64,000 nucleotides of DNA from Eledone cirrhosa (GCA_964016885.1 OZ024740.1:403806001-403870000), one strand, 5' to 3'. Positions 1 through 15,699 are shown, counted from the stretch's first letter. Notes: generated from the sequence alone by a model not told the origin. A program made the numbers and translations.

Positions 1-49
1 TATAGACAGACTGAATAAAAAAAATAAATAAATAAAAATAAATAAAAAA

Positions 50-760
<711 letters not shown>

Positions 761-859
761 GGGGGGGGTTATTGACGTCAATGTCGTCGCTGCCAATATC
801 AAATCATCTGACCTGACATACACTCCTATCTCCATAAAATTATTAAATTCATCCCGATA

Positions 860-975
860 CGCGTGCGGCTGAGTGGTTAGAGAATTGGATTCGCTATCGT
901 AAGGTTGTGAGTTCGATTCCTGGACCAGGCGATGCGTTATGTCCTTGAGCAAGACACTTTATTTCACGTTGCTCC
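860..975 (+). mobile_element. tRNA-derived CORE-like SINE, 5' fragment
   Basis: A-box-like GGCTGAGTGGTTAG, B-box GTTCGATTCC, then CORE-like TGTCCTTGAGCAAGACACTTT. Confidence 0.65.
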
Positions 976-1514
976 TTCTACGTGGAGTTGCGATCGATAG
1001 ATAGTATTAGCAATTGGAAAGACCAACGGAAACATTGTTCCCTCGGTCCGATTTGACGAAAGTCGATCGTTCCTTTAATATATATATATATTATATATAT
1101 ATATATATAATATATATAAATATAAATAAATATATATATGTGTATATATATATATATGGGATTTTCTCATCTCAGTTAATGTTTCTCACATTAAACCTGT
1201 TTTAAGCTGATTCATCAAAATATTGATTAGGAATCTATTATTGCCTTCGTCTTTCTTCTGAAATGTATATTCTGTTTTTGTACCTTATTTTGTTTTGTCG
1301 TCTACTCTATTCATTAATATATAGAAAGACACTATTGTTAATTATTTAATATTGATCTATTCATTATTTCCTTATTCATTATTTCCGACACTATTAACAG
1401 CAACTTTGGCCAGTGTCATATTCTATTATATCATTAAAGCTGCTTACGTATTCTTCTATATTTCATTTCTACAACCAAATGTATCCTTTTTCTCTCATTG
1501 TTTTAAAAGTTCAA

Positions 1515-1738
1515 GGGGGGTGGGTTGGCAGTATCGGTAGTGAGTCTGACACCATGCTTCTCAGCATAGAGTTACGGCTCTTTATGATCTGAATTCAAAT
1601 CCCGCTGAGGTTAACTTTGCCTTTCATCTTTACAGGGTCGATAAAATATAGAACCAGTAATGCACTGGGCCGATTTAATCGACTTTCCCCTCCCCTTCAA
1701 ATTACTGGCCTTGTGCCTATACTAGAAATCATTATTTT
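1515..1738 (+). mobile_element. tRNA-derived SINE (octopus-type family), near full length
   Basis: A-box TGGCAGTATCGG, B-box-like ATTCAAATCC, body GAGGTTAACTTTGCCTTTCATC and tail TGGCCTTGTGCC..AGAAA.CATTATT. At least 6 other copies in the window. Confidence 0.85.
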
Positions 1739-2191
1739 AAAAGCTCAAAGCTCGCTTCACACTACAACTGACGAGAAAGTAGGATCTATTTTCTATCTCA
1801 GCTCATTTAACAGCTACTTACAACTTCCACTCGCACTTACGCCAGGATCATTAGGTGTAAGAAAGGTCGGACTTATTTCGGAGTGTGGCAGTTTTCACCA
1901 CTTGTCTTGCTTTGACCTGACCCGATGAACCTCAAAAGCATTCCTAATGTAGAGACGCAGCAGCAGCAGCCGATTACGACAACTTCAAACGAGTTTCGAG
2001 TGTGTTTGAAGGTTAAAAAGGGACAGTTACTCATGACTCTTTTCATGGATTCTGAGACAAGTTAAATGAGTAGAGAAATATATCATCAAACCCAAATGCA
2101 AGCAACAAAAAAGACTCCGTTTAAGCATCCATGAGTCAGGTGATGGTGTTAAAGTAGGTGATGGATTACGATTACTGTAGGTTAAAATGGC

Positions 2192-2391
2192 TTCTATTAT
2201 ATCATTAAAACTGCTTACGTATTCTTCTATATTTCATTTCTACAATCAAATGTATCATTTTTCTCTCATTATTTTAAAAGCTCAAGGGAGGTGGGTTGGC
2301 AGTATCGGTAGCGAGTCTGACACCATGCTTTGCAGCATAGAGTTACGGCCCTTTACGGTCTGAGTTCAAATCCCGCCGAGGTTAACTTTGC
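2192..2391 (+). repeat. Local ~200-bp duplication of 1421-1620 (unique flank plus SINE head)
   Basis: TTCTATTATATCATTAAA...GGTTAACTTTGC occurs at both places with a few substitutions. Confidence 0.85.
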
Positions 2392-3079
2392 TAAAATTAC
2401 TAGGTTAAAATTACTATAATCCATAATATCGGTGCTCCTAACGATATCTATCATATCGTTGGCCTTACATAAACTACGTATCGTATTTATCCTACGTAAA
2501 TTAGCCTCCTGTCAAAATTTATCTTCGCTACCGCAACACCTCTCTTAACATAGGTAATGCAAGGTGGAGATAACTGATACTTTGTTAATTAGAGGTTAAT
2601 AGATTTCTGCCATCAAGAAATCAAATTATTAATCTTGGATTCTTATTTTTATGATGGATGTCTCCTTGAAATTACAACTCATAGTATTCTTTACACCAAG
2701 GTTTTTCAGATTGACAGGAAATAAAAAAAAAGCTACAAATGTTCCGTTAATGTTTATCTAATATAAGGTACAAAACATCAAATAATATTTTACTTTTAAT
2801 AAATCAATTCACAATTGTATAAATAACATTATAAATGGAAATATGAAAGAATAAGAAAAAAAGAAAAAGACAGATAAAAACAAAACAAAGCAACAAACAG
2901 AGGGGCAAGGGTAAAGAAGGGCAGGTCTGACTGTATAGGAAAGTAGGAGAAAGGGCTATAAATGCCATAAATTAGGGGAAAAGGAGGGGAAAAGCAAGGA
3001 CTATGAAACTATGGAAGAAGGGGAGGGAGAAAGTAAGAGAATGATAAATTCTATGTCTGGGGTGAGGCAGTATTTAGAC

Positions 3080-3400
3080 TGCACCTCACACACAAAAGTG
3101 CAAAGGCATTTCTGCGGACAATGGCCAGCGACACTTGCTACAATAGCCATCCATCTCATGAAGCTCCTTCCTCAGACGGGCTACTGACGATCCAATTTTC
3201 CTAAGGAGCTCAGCAATACGTGGTTCGAGGACGCCTGAAGTCTTGGCAGTGACCGCTGCGAAGAGGAAGCTGCCGGATAAGCCCCTGCATTTGCTTGTCT
3301 TCCTATCCTCTGCATTGCGGCCCGCAGCACCGGGCTTTGTATCCGAAGTGACTAGGCTGGGGGTGAAGAGCTTGTCTGTTCGGTAGATGGGGATAGATTT
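3080..3400 (-). pseudogene. Decayed restriction-like endonuclease end of a CRE-like non-LTR retrotransposon
   Basis: Translation AEDRKTSKCRGLSGSFLFAAVTAKTSGV...LLRKIG resembles the AExxKxxKY..L....F.P.A.ET.G motif. Confidence 0.55.
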
Positions 3401-4042
3401 GATAAAACCAATCAAATAAATGACTATTATTTATTAAATAAACGGGTATATATTAATCTGTAGGCAAACGTGATCTCAGCAGATTGTGAAATCAGAACAA
3501 AATGTGTCACGTTATTTTGTCCGGCGTTCTAAACTAGAAGCTACAATAGAAACAACAATTCGACCAAAACATTTGAGGCAACCTCAGTATTAGCAACAAA
3601 AAATGTCAGCATGTAGAACAAATGCATCATTAGTGGTTGCCGGAATGAAAGCACTAGAAGCATTGCTAGAAATTCAATATTTGCTAGAGTAGTTGAGGGT
3701 GAAAAACAATTCCCAGCTGTTTGCTTAGGTAACAAAGGCGTTATAGAAGAATTGATGAGTTTAATCCTGGCCGTTGGAACAGGTAAGGAGCAGTTTGGCG
3801 AGATAAAACAAGTTTGTGGCTGGTTGAAATTAAAATGCCCTTTTCTTAGGACCTTGGTTCTGCTTGGTTTACTCTAACTCAGGAACACCTTACTGAATCG
3901 TCTGTGTTATGATGGAAACTTTGACTCGATAAAGACGGAATGTAGTCCGGATCGTGGTATGTCCTGATCAATTCCAGGGAACTTTAATTTTGATATATCT
4001 TGTTTTAAGTCTTAGGCGTTTATCTGCAATCTTTTTCATTAT

Positions 4043-4182
4043 TAAAGGCAAAGTTAACCTCGGTGAGTTCAAATCCCGCCGAGGTTAATTTGCCTTTCAT
4101 TCTTACGGGGTCAATAAAATAAAGCACCAGTAATGCACTGGGGTAATTGCTGGCCTTGTGCCAAAAATAGAAACAATTATTA
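4043..4182 (+). mobile_element. SINE copy with short inverted 5' piece
   Basis: AAAGGCAAAGTTAACCTCGG is inverted against CCGAGGTTAATTTGCCTTT; same family as 1515-1738. Confidence 0.75.
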
Positions 4183-4376
4183 TATAATTTTTCCATAGAT
4201 GTTTAAACTAATCTTTATATCTCTTGCATAACTGCTTTTAGTATTTCCTTATTTTTATAAACTTTTACTCTCACATTTTTTAAGCTCCATTTGAATGTCA
4301 CGTGTTTATATATTACTCTTTTACTCTTTTACCTGTTTCAGCCATCCGGCTGAGGCCATGCTGGGGCACCGCCCTT

Positions 4377-5602
<1,226 letters not shown>

Positions 5603-7959
5603 ATATATATATATAAGGTATCTAATTGCCTTAGTAGCTTTAAATACAATGAGATGATAGTTTGTTTAATTGTTGTTGTTCGCCACTAGAAGATATGTGT
5701 AATGGTACTCCTGAACTAATTGAAATTTAAGATTGATTTACTTCATACTTTGGATTATCCCGACAAAGGAAGACTTTGGAATAGTTGTGTGCTCATCCTT
5801 TTTACCCTGTGGGGAATAAAATATAGTTTTTCGACTCCCGAATATGAAACGATACATGACAGAGTTATGTTGAAGGAACAGAGCCTCCTGGGCTTCAGAA
5901 TACATCGAGGAACGCGAATAGAGTAGAGTAGCATAACTCTATCTTGCTAAAATGAATGGACTTTCCAGCAACCCCAAAAAACAATTAAAATATGTCTTAC
6001 CCCAATATTTCGAGCGTTATCATTTCCAGTAATCGAAGTCGGCCATATGAAAGTGTGTGACTAAACATCAACAGGAAGCGTAACGTCAATCTGAGTTAGT
6101 TAACAACATTGCTGACTAAAGGCTCGGGCTGCAATATATGGAATAATGCAATATATGGAATAATGGAAAACAAGCAGATTGTAATCGCCAGTGTTTCCAT
6201 TAGGACGCCGGGTTTAATGGCTTGCTCTAGTTTTTTGTAGGTTCATACACAAATCCCACTTTGCATTTCGTATTTCTGGATCAATAAAATATTGACCAGT
6301 CACGCACTGACTGGTACGGAAGTCACGCTCTCTCGAGAATTTATTGAGTGAAGGGAGAAGTCAAGAATATCTTTAATTTGTTAGTTTGTTTTAGCTATTA
6401 CAGCTAAGTTCATGATAGAACACCATCTTCATAAAATACCCGAAATCCTGTGGTATCTCATGGCAAATTGGTACCTTAAAAGAGCATTTAATTCCATTTA
6501 ACATTTTAGGCACACAGGAAATATCCAGAAATGAAATATTGAACTATATGGTCATGGATCAACCCAGCTTCAAGCATTTCATCGTGCTGGTTCATAAGGT
6601 TTCCTAGAGATTAGAAATAGGCACCAGATCTTCTGATAAAAAGTCACAGGTGCAGATCACTCATTAATAGTAACATTTGAACACAAATATGCCAAGCAAT
6701 TGACTACACACCATAACATTTTATGGGATCGGTAAACAGTGAAAACCTTTTTTTAATTTATGCTCAACATAAATTTAGTCACACCTACTATGTATTGATG
6801 TGGATAAAAGGTGTATAATTCTTGAAAAAAAATCACGAAATTTTGTTTTTCTCTTTATTTTTTCGCCACATATAACAAGTTTTCGGAAGAAATGTTTTAA
6901 AAGTTTCTTGTAAAATTCATTTTAAAAGAAACAGTTATCAAAATATACCTACATGTTTGTCACTAATGAAAGAAACAATTTGCATAAAATTTAATTAGTT
7001 TTATTGTTCTACTTAACATAAGAAAATAGAACAAAATTAGATTTAACCTTTGTTTAATGGCAAAACGTCATGAAAATACGTTGTTATAATTTAAAAAACT
7101 GCTTTGTGTACATATTTAAAAGTATTTTAATTTAAATTATTTCTCCGGCTGCTGGTTGAAAAGATAATTGGATGACATTTTATTTGAGAACGCCATGTTC
7201 CTATTTCAAACTACATTCACCGCATTAGAATTTGAAGTGCAAAATGTCACTTAAAATGAAATGGTGAAAGGACGGTTAATCCTGAATGATCGTTCTATCA
7301 AAACTAGCAGTGTAGTATTAAATAGAATAGACTGAGTTTACTTACTTTGAAAAGATTTTAAATTCTCATGAGTTGCAGCCAGTTTTTCCCTATTTACTAA
7401 TAGTCACAATATGCATTTATTCAGAATAGGACTGGTGCTTAAGCAAAAGAAACCAGTATTTAAACCGGATACTTTAAATAAAAGTGTAAATATATTAAAA
7501 TTTGGTTCGTCATTGTTCTGTATTTAAATTCTGCCGACACCTACTTTGTTTTCCATATATCGAGAGTCAATACTTACTGACTCTCCGTAATATACGCCAA
7601 TATGAATTAAAGCTCTAAATTTCAACAAAAAATACTTCCCAGAAACACCTTAATAAATATTGACACAAGGCTATTAGATTTACAAGTGGCTATATCTTTA
7701 TTACTTTCTGAAAAGCACTAACGAAATAAATAGAGATAATTTGCTATAACAGGAATTGAAACCGGGTAAACACACCGAAAGCTGATCTCTAAATTAAGAT
7801 GCTTGGTGTATGTGTAAGGTTCTGTAACTTCTGATGGAGTCGTAGTGGTGACGTATTCGGCGTTTCTTGGGCCTGTTAAAACCTGGTGGAGCCTATCTCC
7901 AGGTCTGAATACAGCAGATTTCTTCCAGTGAGAGAATGGATGTAAGAAAGGGATATAGA

Positions 7960-8126
7960 TGAAGAATAGACCCTTGTACTTAACTGATACTTTTTTTCTC
8001 GACCTTGAAACGATGAAAGGCAAAGTTGACCTTTGCAGGATTTGAACTCAGAGAATAGAGGGCCGAAATGAATAACACAAAACATTCTATCCGACGTGCT
8101 AATGACTCTGCCAATTCGCTGCCTTA
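7960..8126 (-). mobile_element. Diverged SINE copy
   Basis: GATGAAAGGCAAAGTTGACC...GGATTTGAACTCAG is the reverse complement of the SINE body and B box. Confidence 0.7.
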
Positions 8127-8324
8127 AGATGCTTGATACATACTTCTAAATAATTTTTTTTTTTCGTTAGTACATTCTAATCGGAGCATATTTCTACTGT
8201 ATGTTTTGATAGTACCCTGATGATTCAGTTACTAAGGTACCGAACTACAAACTGCGCTGTCAGCGATTCGTATTCTATCATTGGTACTTTATTATATTTA
8301 TGACGAAGATAACACAGAAGATAT

Positions 8325-8425
8325 CCCGCCGAGGTTAACTTTGCCTTTCATCCTGGGGTCGATTTAATCGACTTTCCCCTCCTCCCAAATTACTGGCCTT
8401 GTGCCTAAGTAAGAAACCATTATTA
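8325..8425 (+). mobile_element. SINE 3' fragment
   Basis: ATCCCGCCGAGGTTAACTTTGCCTTTCATCC...TGGCCTTGTGCC. Confidence 0.8.
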
Positions 8426-8699
8426 ACGATATCAATAGATGATACATTTCATAATTGCACATTAATTCTACTAGAGTATTCTGAAAACTCTCAGTAAGCA
8501 GCTAAACTTAATCCATGGGAGGGAATTATAATATCAACTCTAAATCGTACGCATGTCGTTCACCATCATTTATATATAACTTAGCGTTGTTCTTTTAGTC
8601 GAAGTAACAAAGTAGACGAGTGAGTTCGGTGTACTTTTGGTGTTCAGTTTGGACATCTTGTAAATGTTTGATTGTTTGTTGCAGTTTTAGATTGGTCCG

Positions 8700-9465
8700 A
8701 TTTTTAGAGCATTAAGTAGGGGTTGGAATTTGTTAATGAAACATGTTTCCTTATTGGTACGTTGGATGAAAGTAGCGTTGTCTATGAATTTGTAGATGGG
8801 GAAAATTTTAAAGTTTGGATGTTGGTTGTAAGCACAATTGGCGATATGTTCACTAAATGCAATCTTTCTGTATTCCTGTATTTTAATTTATGATTTATGG
8901 ACGGTCATACATTGACGGAGGCTGTTTTTTGTCTGTCCTATGTAGTGATCTTGACAACCTGAGCAGGTCAAAACATAGATTAGGTTTTCAGATGCACATG
9001 TAAAGTTGTGTTTAACTGTGAAACTCTATCCTTGTTTAAAATAGAATGTTGAACCTTCTATTAGATTTATGCATATGCTACAGTTGGGCCTTCCGCATTT
9101 TGTTACTGTAGAGTTCATTGTGAGGGTTTGTTGGATTTTGGCTTGTGTGAGGATGTTTTTTATGGATTTAGGTTGTCTTTTGCTCTTTATGATGTTGTGT
9201 GTTTGGAGGATTTTGTTCATTCTTGGGTCTCTTTTTAGTAAAGGAATGTTCTGGAGGATGGTGTCGAATACCTCATTGTTGAGGGGGTTATGTGCGGAGA
9301 TGTATGGTAGAGTTTTTTGTTGCGGTTCATTCCTGGGTTTGGGGTGTCTGAGTTCCTGGATGTCTAGTTTTAGGGCACGTTGGAATCCATTGGTGATTAG
9401 GGATGGTGGGTAGTTTCTGCTGATAAGTGTGATTTTTAATTCTTTTCTAGTCGTGTGTAGCATGT
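8700..9465 (-). pseudogene. Penelope-like element: RT thumb, linker and GIY-YIG endonuclease (decayed)
   Basis: ORF 9026-9463 (LISRNYP...KCGRPNCSIC) continues past a stop as FTCASENLIYVLTCSGCQDHYIGQT, a GIY-YIG motif. Confidence 0.85.
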
Positions 9466-9491
9466 GTGTGTAGCATTAAAAAACACACTTT

Positions 9492-9552
<61 letters not shown>

Positions 9553-9869
9553 GGGGTTGTGTGTGTGTATGTACATATATGTGTAAATATATACAGAGAG
9601 AGACAAAGTGTGATGCATGTGTGTTTGTCCTTGATAATGTTCTTGTTAACGTTTTGCTGGCAATAAATGGAGATTGATGAAATAATTATCAAATTGAAAG
9701 AACCTTCAGATCGATATAGTTGACAATGATGCCCTAGCTTAGCCCAACAGAACGACTGAAGCGATTAAAAGATCTTTATGAATGAAACAAAGTCGACAAT
9801 TGTTTGATGGAGATTAAAAACTGCGTGAATATAACTAATATCGTTTCTTAATTCCAGAAACTGCAGTTG

Positions 9870-10090
9870 AGGGCGGTGGATTGGCAGTATCAGTAGAGAG
9901 TCGGACAGCATGCTTTGCAGCATAGAGTTATGGCCCATTATGATGTGAGTTCAAATCCCGCCGAATATTAACTTTGCCTTTCATCCTTACGGGGTCAATA
10001 AAATAAAGTACCAGTCACTCACTGGGGTCGATTTAATCGACTTTCCCTTCCCCCAAAATTGATGGCATTGTGCCTATATAAGAAACCATT
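9870..10090 (+). mobile_element. tRNA-derived SINE, near full length
   Basis: Same family as 1515-1738; B-box GTTCAAATCC. Confidence 0.85.
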
Positions 10091-10201
10091 GGTTAATTTG
10101 GTTTGTATTCTACCCGTGGAGACTTTGGTATAAGTTAAACTATGTTTATATGAGTCGCTGATTTATATATTTTTATTTTTATTTTTCTGTTTCGTATATA
10201 T

Positions 10202-10446
<245 letters not shown>

Positions 10447-10464
10447 ATATATATATATATATAT

Positions 10465-11468
10465 TTAGTATTAATTATACTATTTATGGTTATGTAAATA
10501 CAAAAACCTTTTGCAGTTATATGTATTTTTTTATACAAACCCTAAATAGTGGTAGGCAGTAATATATTACTACCTTATTACCAGTAAGTTAAGTAGCTCA
10601 ATGTAAAAAAACATCAGATGATTTACAGAGCAGTTATATGAAATATAAGAATCAAAGAACTGTTCAAAACATTTTTGTGCTTACAGCTGTTTCCTCCAAA
10701 CCGAGGTTTGGATTCTTCGGACCAATTTATTAATGAATGGACAGTTATATGACCTCCTTTTCAGCCAAGAGACATACAGATACACATGCAAATATTGTGG
10801 GTCAACATTCATTACAGTATTTAGAGTGGCAGCACACACTTAGAGATTACATTCATATTAAAAGATACAATCAAAAATCAAAAATACAGGTTAAAATACA
10901 TGAAAATAAGCGGTTATATAGTGCAAATGTTATATGTGTGGCAAGCACGTGCGTCTTGTTTATATAGTGTGGCAGAGAGATATGTGTGGTAGAGGCACTT
11001 AGGTAGGTAAACAAGAGTGTTAGGTTGGTTGATCTGGTGGCAAATTCTTTATATGATTGTTATAGTCTGTGTGTGGAGAAATGATATAAGCATTAAAAGT
11101 AGTGCAAGCATACTAAGTGCTCCTACTACACTTAACCCTCTGCCACACTATATAAACAAGACGCACGTGCTTGCCACACATATAACATTTGCACTATATA
11201 ACCGCTTATTTTCATGTATTTTAACCTGTATTTTTGATTTTTGATTGTACCTTTTAATATGAATGTAATCTCGAAGTGTGTACTGCCACTCTAAATACTG
11301 TAATGAATGTTGACCCACAATATTTGAATGTGTATCTGTATGTCTCTTGGCTGAAAAGGAGGTCATATAACTGTCCATTCATTAATAAATTGGTCCGAAG
11401 AATCCAAACCTCGGTTTGGAGGAAACAGCTGTAAGCACAAAAATGTTTTGAACAGTTCTTTGATTCTT

Positions 11469-11478
<10 letters not shown>
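10465..11478. mobile_element. Non-coding inverted-arm element between (TA)n tracts
   Basis: 10636-10977 is the reverse complement of 11138-11478; the ORF track shows the near-identical MDSYMTSF peptide on both strands. Each arm has an HHR-like CCGAAGA...GAAACAGCTGTA. Confidence 0.85.
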
Positions 11479-11535
<57 letters not shown>

Positions 11536-11559
11536 CAATATGCTGAAAGGGTAACACAC

Positions 11560-12190
<631 letters not shown>

Positions 12191-12326
12191 GAATGTTGTT
12201 TATGAGTATTTGTTACGTCGTAACTTCTTGAGGAAAAGCCGGTCCTAGCGATTCAAAAGCACTCCACGTCAGTAGCTTATCCCAGGTAGGTGCTGGTGAT
12301 TAAGAGTGATGGAGTATTCATTTATT

Positions 12327-12500
12327 AAATAATTGTTTCTACTTTTGGCACAAGGCCAGCAATTACCAAGTACATTACTGGTACTTTATTTTATCGACCT
12401 CGTAAGGATGAAAGGCAAAGTGAACCTCGGCGGGATTTGAACTCAGACCGTAAAGAAACGTAACTATGCTGGAAAGCATGGCATCCGACTCTCTACCGAT
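12327..12500 (-). mobile_element. tRNA-derived SINE copy
   Basis: Reverse complement of the 1515-1738 family (GGCACAAGGCCAG...GGCGGGATTTGAACTCAG). Confidence 0.85.
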
Positions 12501-14666
12501 ATAAGTGCATAACTGCACCTACGATTGCGTAAGTATCTGATGAAGTCACATGAATAACCATGTAACAGAAATATATATCATGCAATAAACAATTATGTTG
12601 AATTAATCCCGTCTTAACTACATATATATATGTGTGTGTGTGTATGTATATGTGTGTGTGGGTGTCTCTGTGTGTGTGTGTTTGTGTGTGTCTGCGTCTG
12701 TGTGTGTGTGTGTACACATACATGTATGTGTGTCAATGTTGCGTGTGTCTTTGTATATATACGAGACTTTATTTCATATTGGTTCAGTAAACGTATTTGA
12801 AAAAATGTCCTACCTGTAATTCAAAGAGCCAGCTTTGTCACACATTGTGTTACGCTGAATCTCCCTGAGAACTACGTTAAAAGGACACGTGCTTTTCGAA
12901 TGCTGAGCCAGATGCATGTACATTATACGAACAGGCTGTTCCTTTTATTGCATCAACTGGAATACTCGTCGCTGTGACTGACGGAATTCCAACAACACAA
13001 CATCATCATCATCATTACATCACCTCTCAGCCCAAGGAAGCATACTCATACCAGATGTTTCGATCCGCAATCTTACAATACAATCTTCACTCAGGTGTCT
13101 TTTTGAAGTATGTCAATGAGGTTGGTAGGTTATCTCCCATAATTAGTCAGTATGTATTACACAGTGATCTTCTAATCACATTTTTCGCCCATCTATATTT
13201 TGAGTTAATATTTCGCGTCCACTGAATCCGAAGAACATATACAGATGACAGCATAACTCGGCACTTAAACTAATGGGTGATGTAGTGGAAAACAGTGTGG
13301 AGAGGATGAACAATGGCGAGAGACCGCAAGTAGTAGAGTGGGCAGGATAAGGTTTTGTAAGGAAGGAGGACACAATACAAACCAGCCACAGTAAGAAAGA
13401 AGACTGACCCAAAATGGAAGGGGATATGGGAGGTCTCAGTGGGCCTTGACAGAAAATACTACTTTCACCTTTTTGAAACCAAATGACTCGGCCTTGTTAT
13501 GTGGTGCAAGAAAAAGAAGGTGTGAAGCTTATTGTCACCTGGCAGGTAAACATCAATGATGCATTCGACAGGGAAGTCAGAAGATACAGTGAAGTGGTTG
13601 ACACCTGTGAAACTAGCGAATGAAGAGACAGGTGTCAGCGGAGTTGTCAGAACCAGGTTACATTCGTATTTTTACAGAGAGCATTTGAAATGTATGTGAA
13701 GTGATATTATTTCAACCAGGAATCGAAACAGAATCTAGTTCTTTCATTGTGTACCATGTGTTTAATACGTCTATCGAGACCGTCACGTTCTCTATAAATA
13801 TATTTCACGTATGCTAAGATAACAGTGGATCTGAAGTTCACCTGTTTTCTATGTTAGGGACTCTGCTTTTCACACATGGTTAATAGATAAGAATTCTGTA
13901 ATGTGAACAACAAACCAGTGCAAGATACATTTAACAACTGATAACAAACAAGATATTTTGTATCGTGTAACTTTTATCCGCATAAAAACTGTAGTATTAT
14001 ATTTAGTGGTTGAAAAATATGTTTGTTAAGTCATTAAAGAGTACGTAAACACAATGAACAATTGGTGTGCACGTGTGATATTGTATTTACGTTGTTTGGT
14101 GTAGCTTAAGATGCCATGAAATCTGGCGAGTATTGTATATCAAGACGAAAAGCTTTTTGATATTCGAATAAAGACAATTGGATTTAATTTCGTTTCTAAC
14201 TTTGATATTCTAACTCATCTTACCTCAAGGAAATTAGATCTAGTGTAAGAAACTTATAGTGTATAAAATTAGTGTAGCTGCACGTAATATGCTGCGTAGC
14301 CAGTGGAAAATAAGCTCCATGGGTGATTTTAACATGAGATCAAAAATTTCACTTCCTTTATATAATCAAGTTTCTGCATAGTCGTCCCAATCTGCTAGAA
14401 AGGACATTCATTGTCTGTAAAAGATTGAATGGGTACAGCTGGGACGCATTCAATCATGGGTTTACTTCATCGAGGTTTTATGCGATTATAGATTTACGTG
14501 ATCAGATCTTTTCTAGAGCTATTGAGCAACAGGAACTGAAATAAACGACATGAAAAGCTGAAGAAATTGGGACCCAGGACCCAACGAAACTTGAGTACCT
14601 GTTTATGTCACTGTCGTAATTATTTATACTAAACTGAGTGGATGTTTCCACTTAACTTTTACTTCA

Positions 14667-14704
<38 letters not shown>

Positions 14705-14916
14705 GTCAAAAATGTACATCCACATATGTATACTGAAATACTAGTATGCATATGAATACACACACGTGTACATATGTAGATGTACCGAGTTTTTCACTGG
14801 ACACTTTACTGTGAGTGTTCAGCTAGTCTGTATGTAAACACAGACAAACCGGTTTTTAGAGTCATACTGGTTTTCGAGGAAACACCTTTCCTCTATTCTC
14901 CAGAAAGCCAGACAGG

Positions 14917-14961
14917 AATATTGGACTAGTTTCGATGTTGTTACATCTCATCAGCAATATT
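14917..14961 (-). ncRNA. Minimal type I hammerhead ribozyme, intact
   Basis: Minus strand: AATATTG-CTGATGA-GATGT-AACA-ACATC-GAAAC-TA-GTC-CAATATT. 7-bp stem I, 5-bp stem II, palindromic ACTAGT stem III, GUC site. Confidence 0.92.
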
Positions 14962-15379
14962 TACCTATCCTCCGGCCTTTCTAGAGAATCGTAAAAGCAC
15001 ATATCGTTATATGCTTTTTCTATGAAAATTAGTAGTGGGCAGACTAACTTGCATAGAGCGTGAGTATGTACCGGTTCAGCGGAGACGATAAAAACAAATA
15101 ACGAAACGAAATTAAATTTCGCTTCGTTTGTAACTCACTCCTGTATGACTGACGCCCAAACAATTAAGTCAAAAATGTACATCCACATATGTATACTGAA
15201 ATACTAGTATGCATATGAATACACACACGTGTACATATGTAGATGTACCGAGTTTTTCACTGGACACTTTACTGTGAGTGTTCAGCTAGTCTGTATGTAA
15301 ACACAGACAAACCGGTTTTTAGAGTCATACTGGTTTTCGAGGAAACACCTTTCCTCTATTCTCCAGAAAGCCAGACAGG

Positions 15380-15424
15380 AATATTGGACTAGTTTCGATG
15401 TTGTTACATCTCATCAGCAATATT
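15380..15424 (-). ncRNA. Minimal type I hammerhead ribozyme, second identical copy
   Basis: Identical to 14917-14961, 463 bp away. Confidence 0.92.
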
Positions 15425-15483
15425 TACCTATCCTCCGGCCTTTCTAGAGAATCGTAAAAGCACATATCGTTATATGCTTTTTC

Positions 15484-15576
15484 TGTGGTGTTGACATAAT
15501 GTATATTAAACCTTATTTATTCAAAAATATAGACCAACATTAAATAAGGTTTAATATACAGTATGTCAACACCACA
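15484..15576. repeat. ~36-bp-arm inverted repeat (hairpin)
   Basis: TGTGGTGTTGACATAATGTATATTAAACCTTATTTA ... TAAATAAGGTTTAATATACAGTATGTCAACACCACA, one mismatch. Confidence 0.9.
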
Positions 15577-15699
15577 ATATGACATACACACACACACATA
15601 ACACCTTCTACTTTAGAAAATAAAAACCCGAACTAAATAAACCTTAAACATACGTTTGCACTGGCAATACAACAGCAAACACGAAAAAGTCAGGAAAAT

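Larger units (their letters stand above)
14699..15484 (-). mobile_element. Retrozyme-like tandem element, 463-bp monomer, ~1.7 copies, one hammerhead per monomer
   Basis: 14699-15021 is repeated essentially identically at 15162-15484. Non-coding; abuts (TA)n at its 3' end on the minus strand. Confidence 0.85.

Noticed and set aside
860-930. tRNA gene
   Set aside because: A and B boxes are present but there is no complete cloverleaf or terminator; it continues into a SINE core.
8212-8260. Hammerhead at CTGATGA
   Set aside because: No suitably placed GAAA or stems.
13510-13650. Remnant of a HERO/R2-like endonuclease (VKLIVTWQVNINDAFDREVRRYSEVV)
   Set aside because: Too short and degenerate to support without a search.
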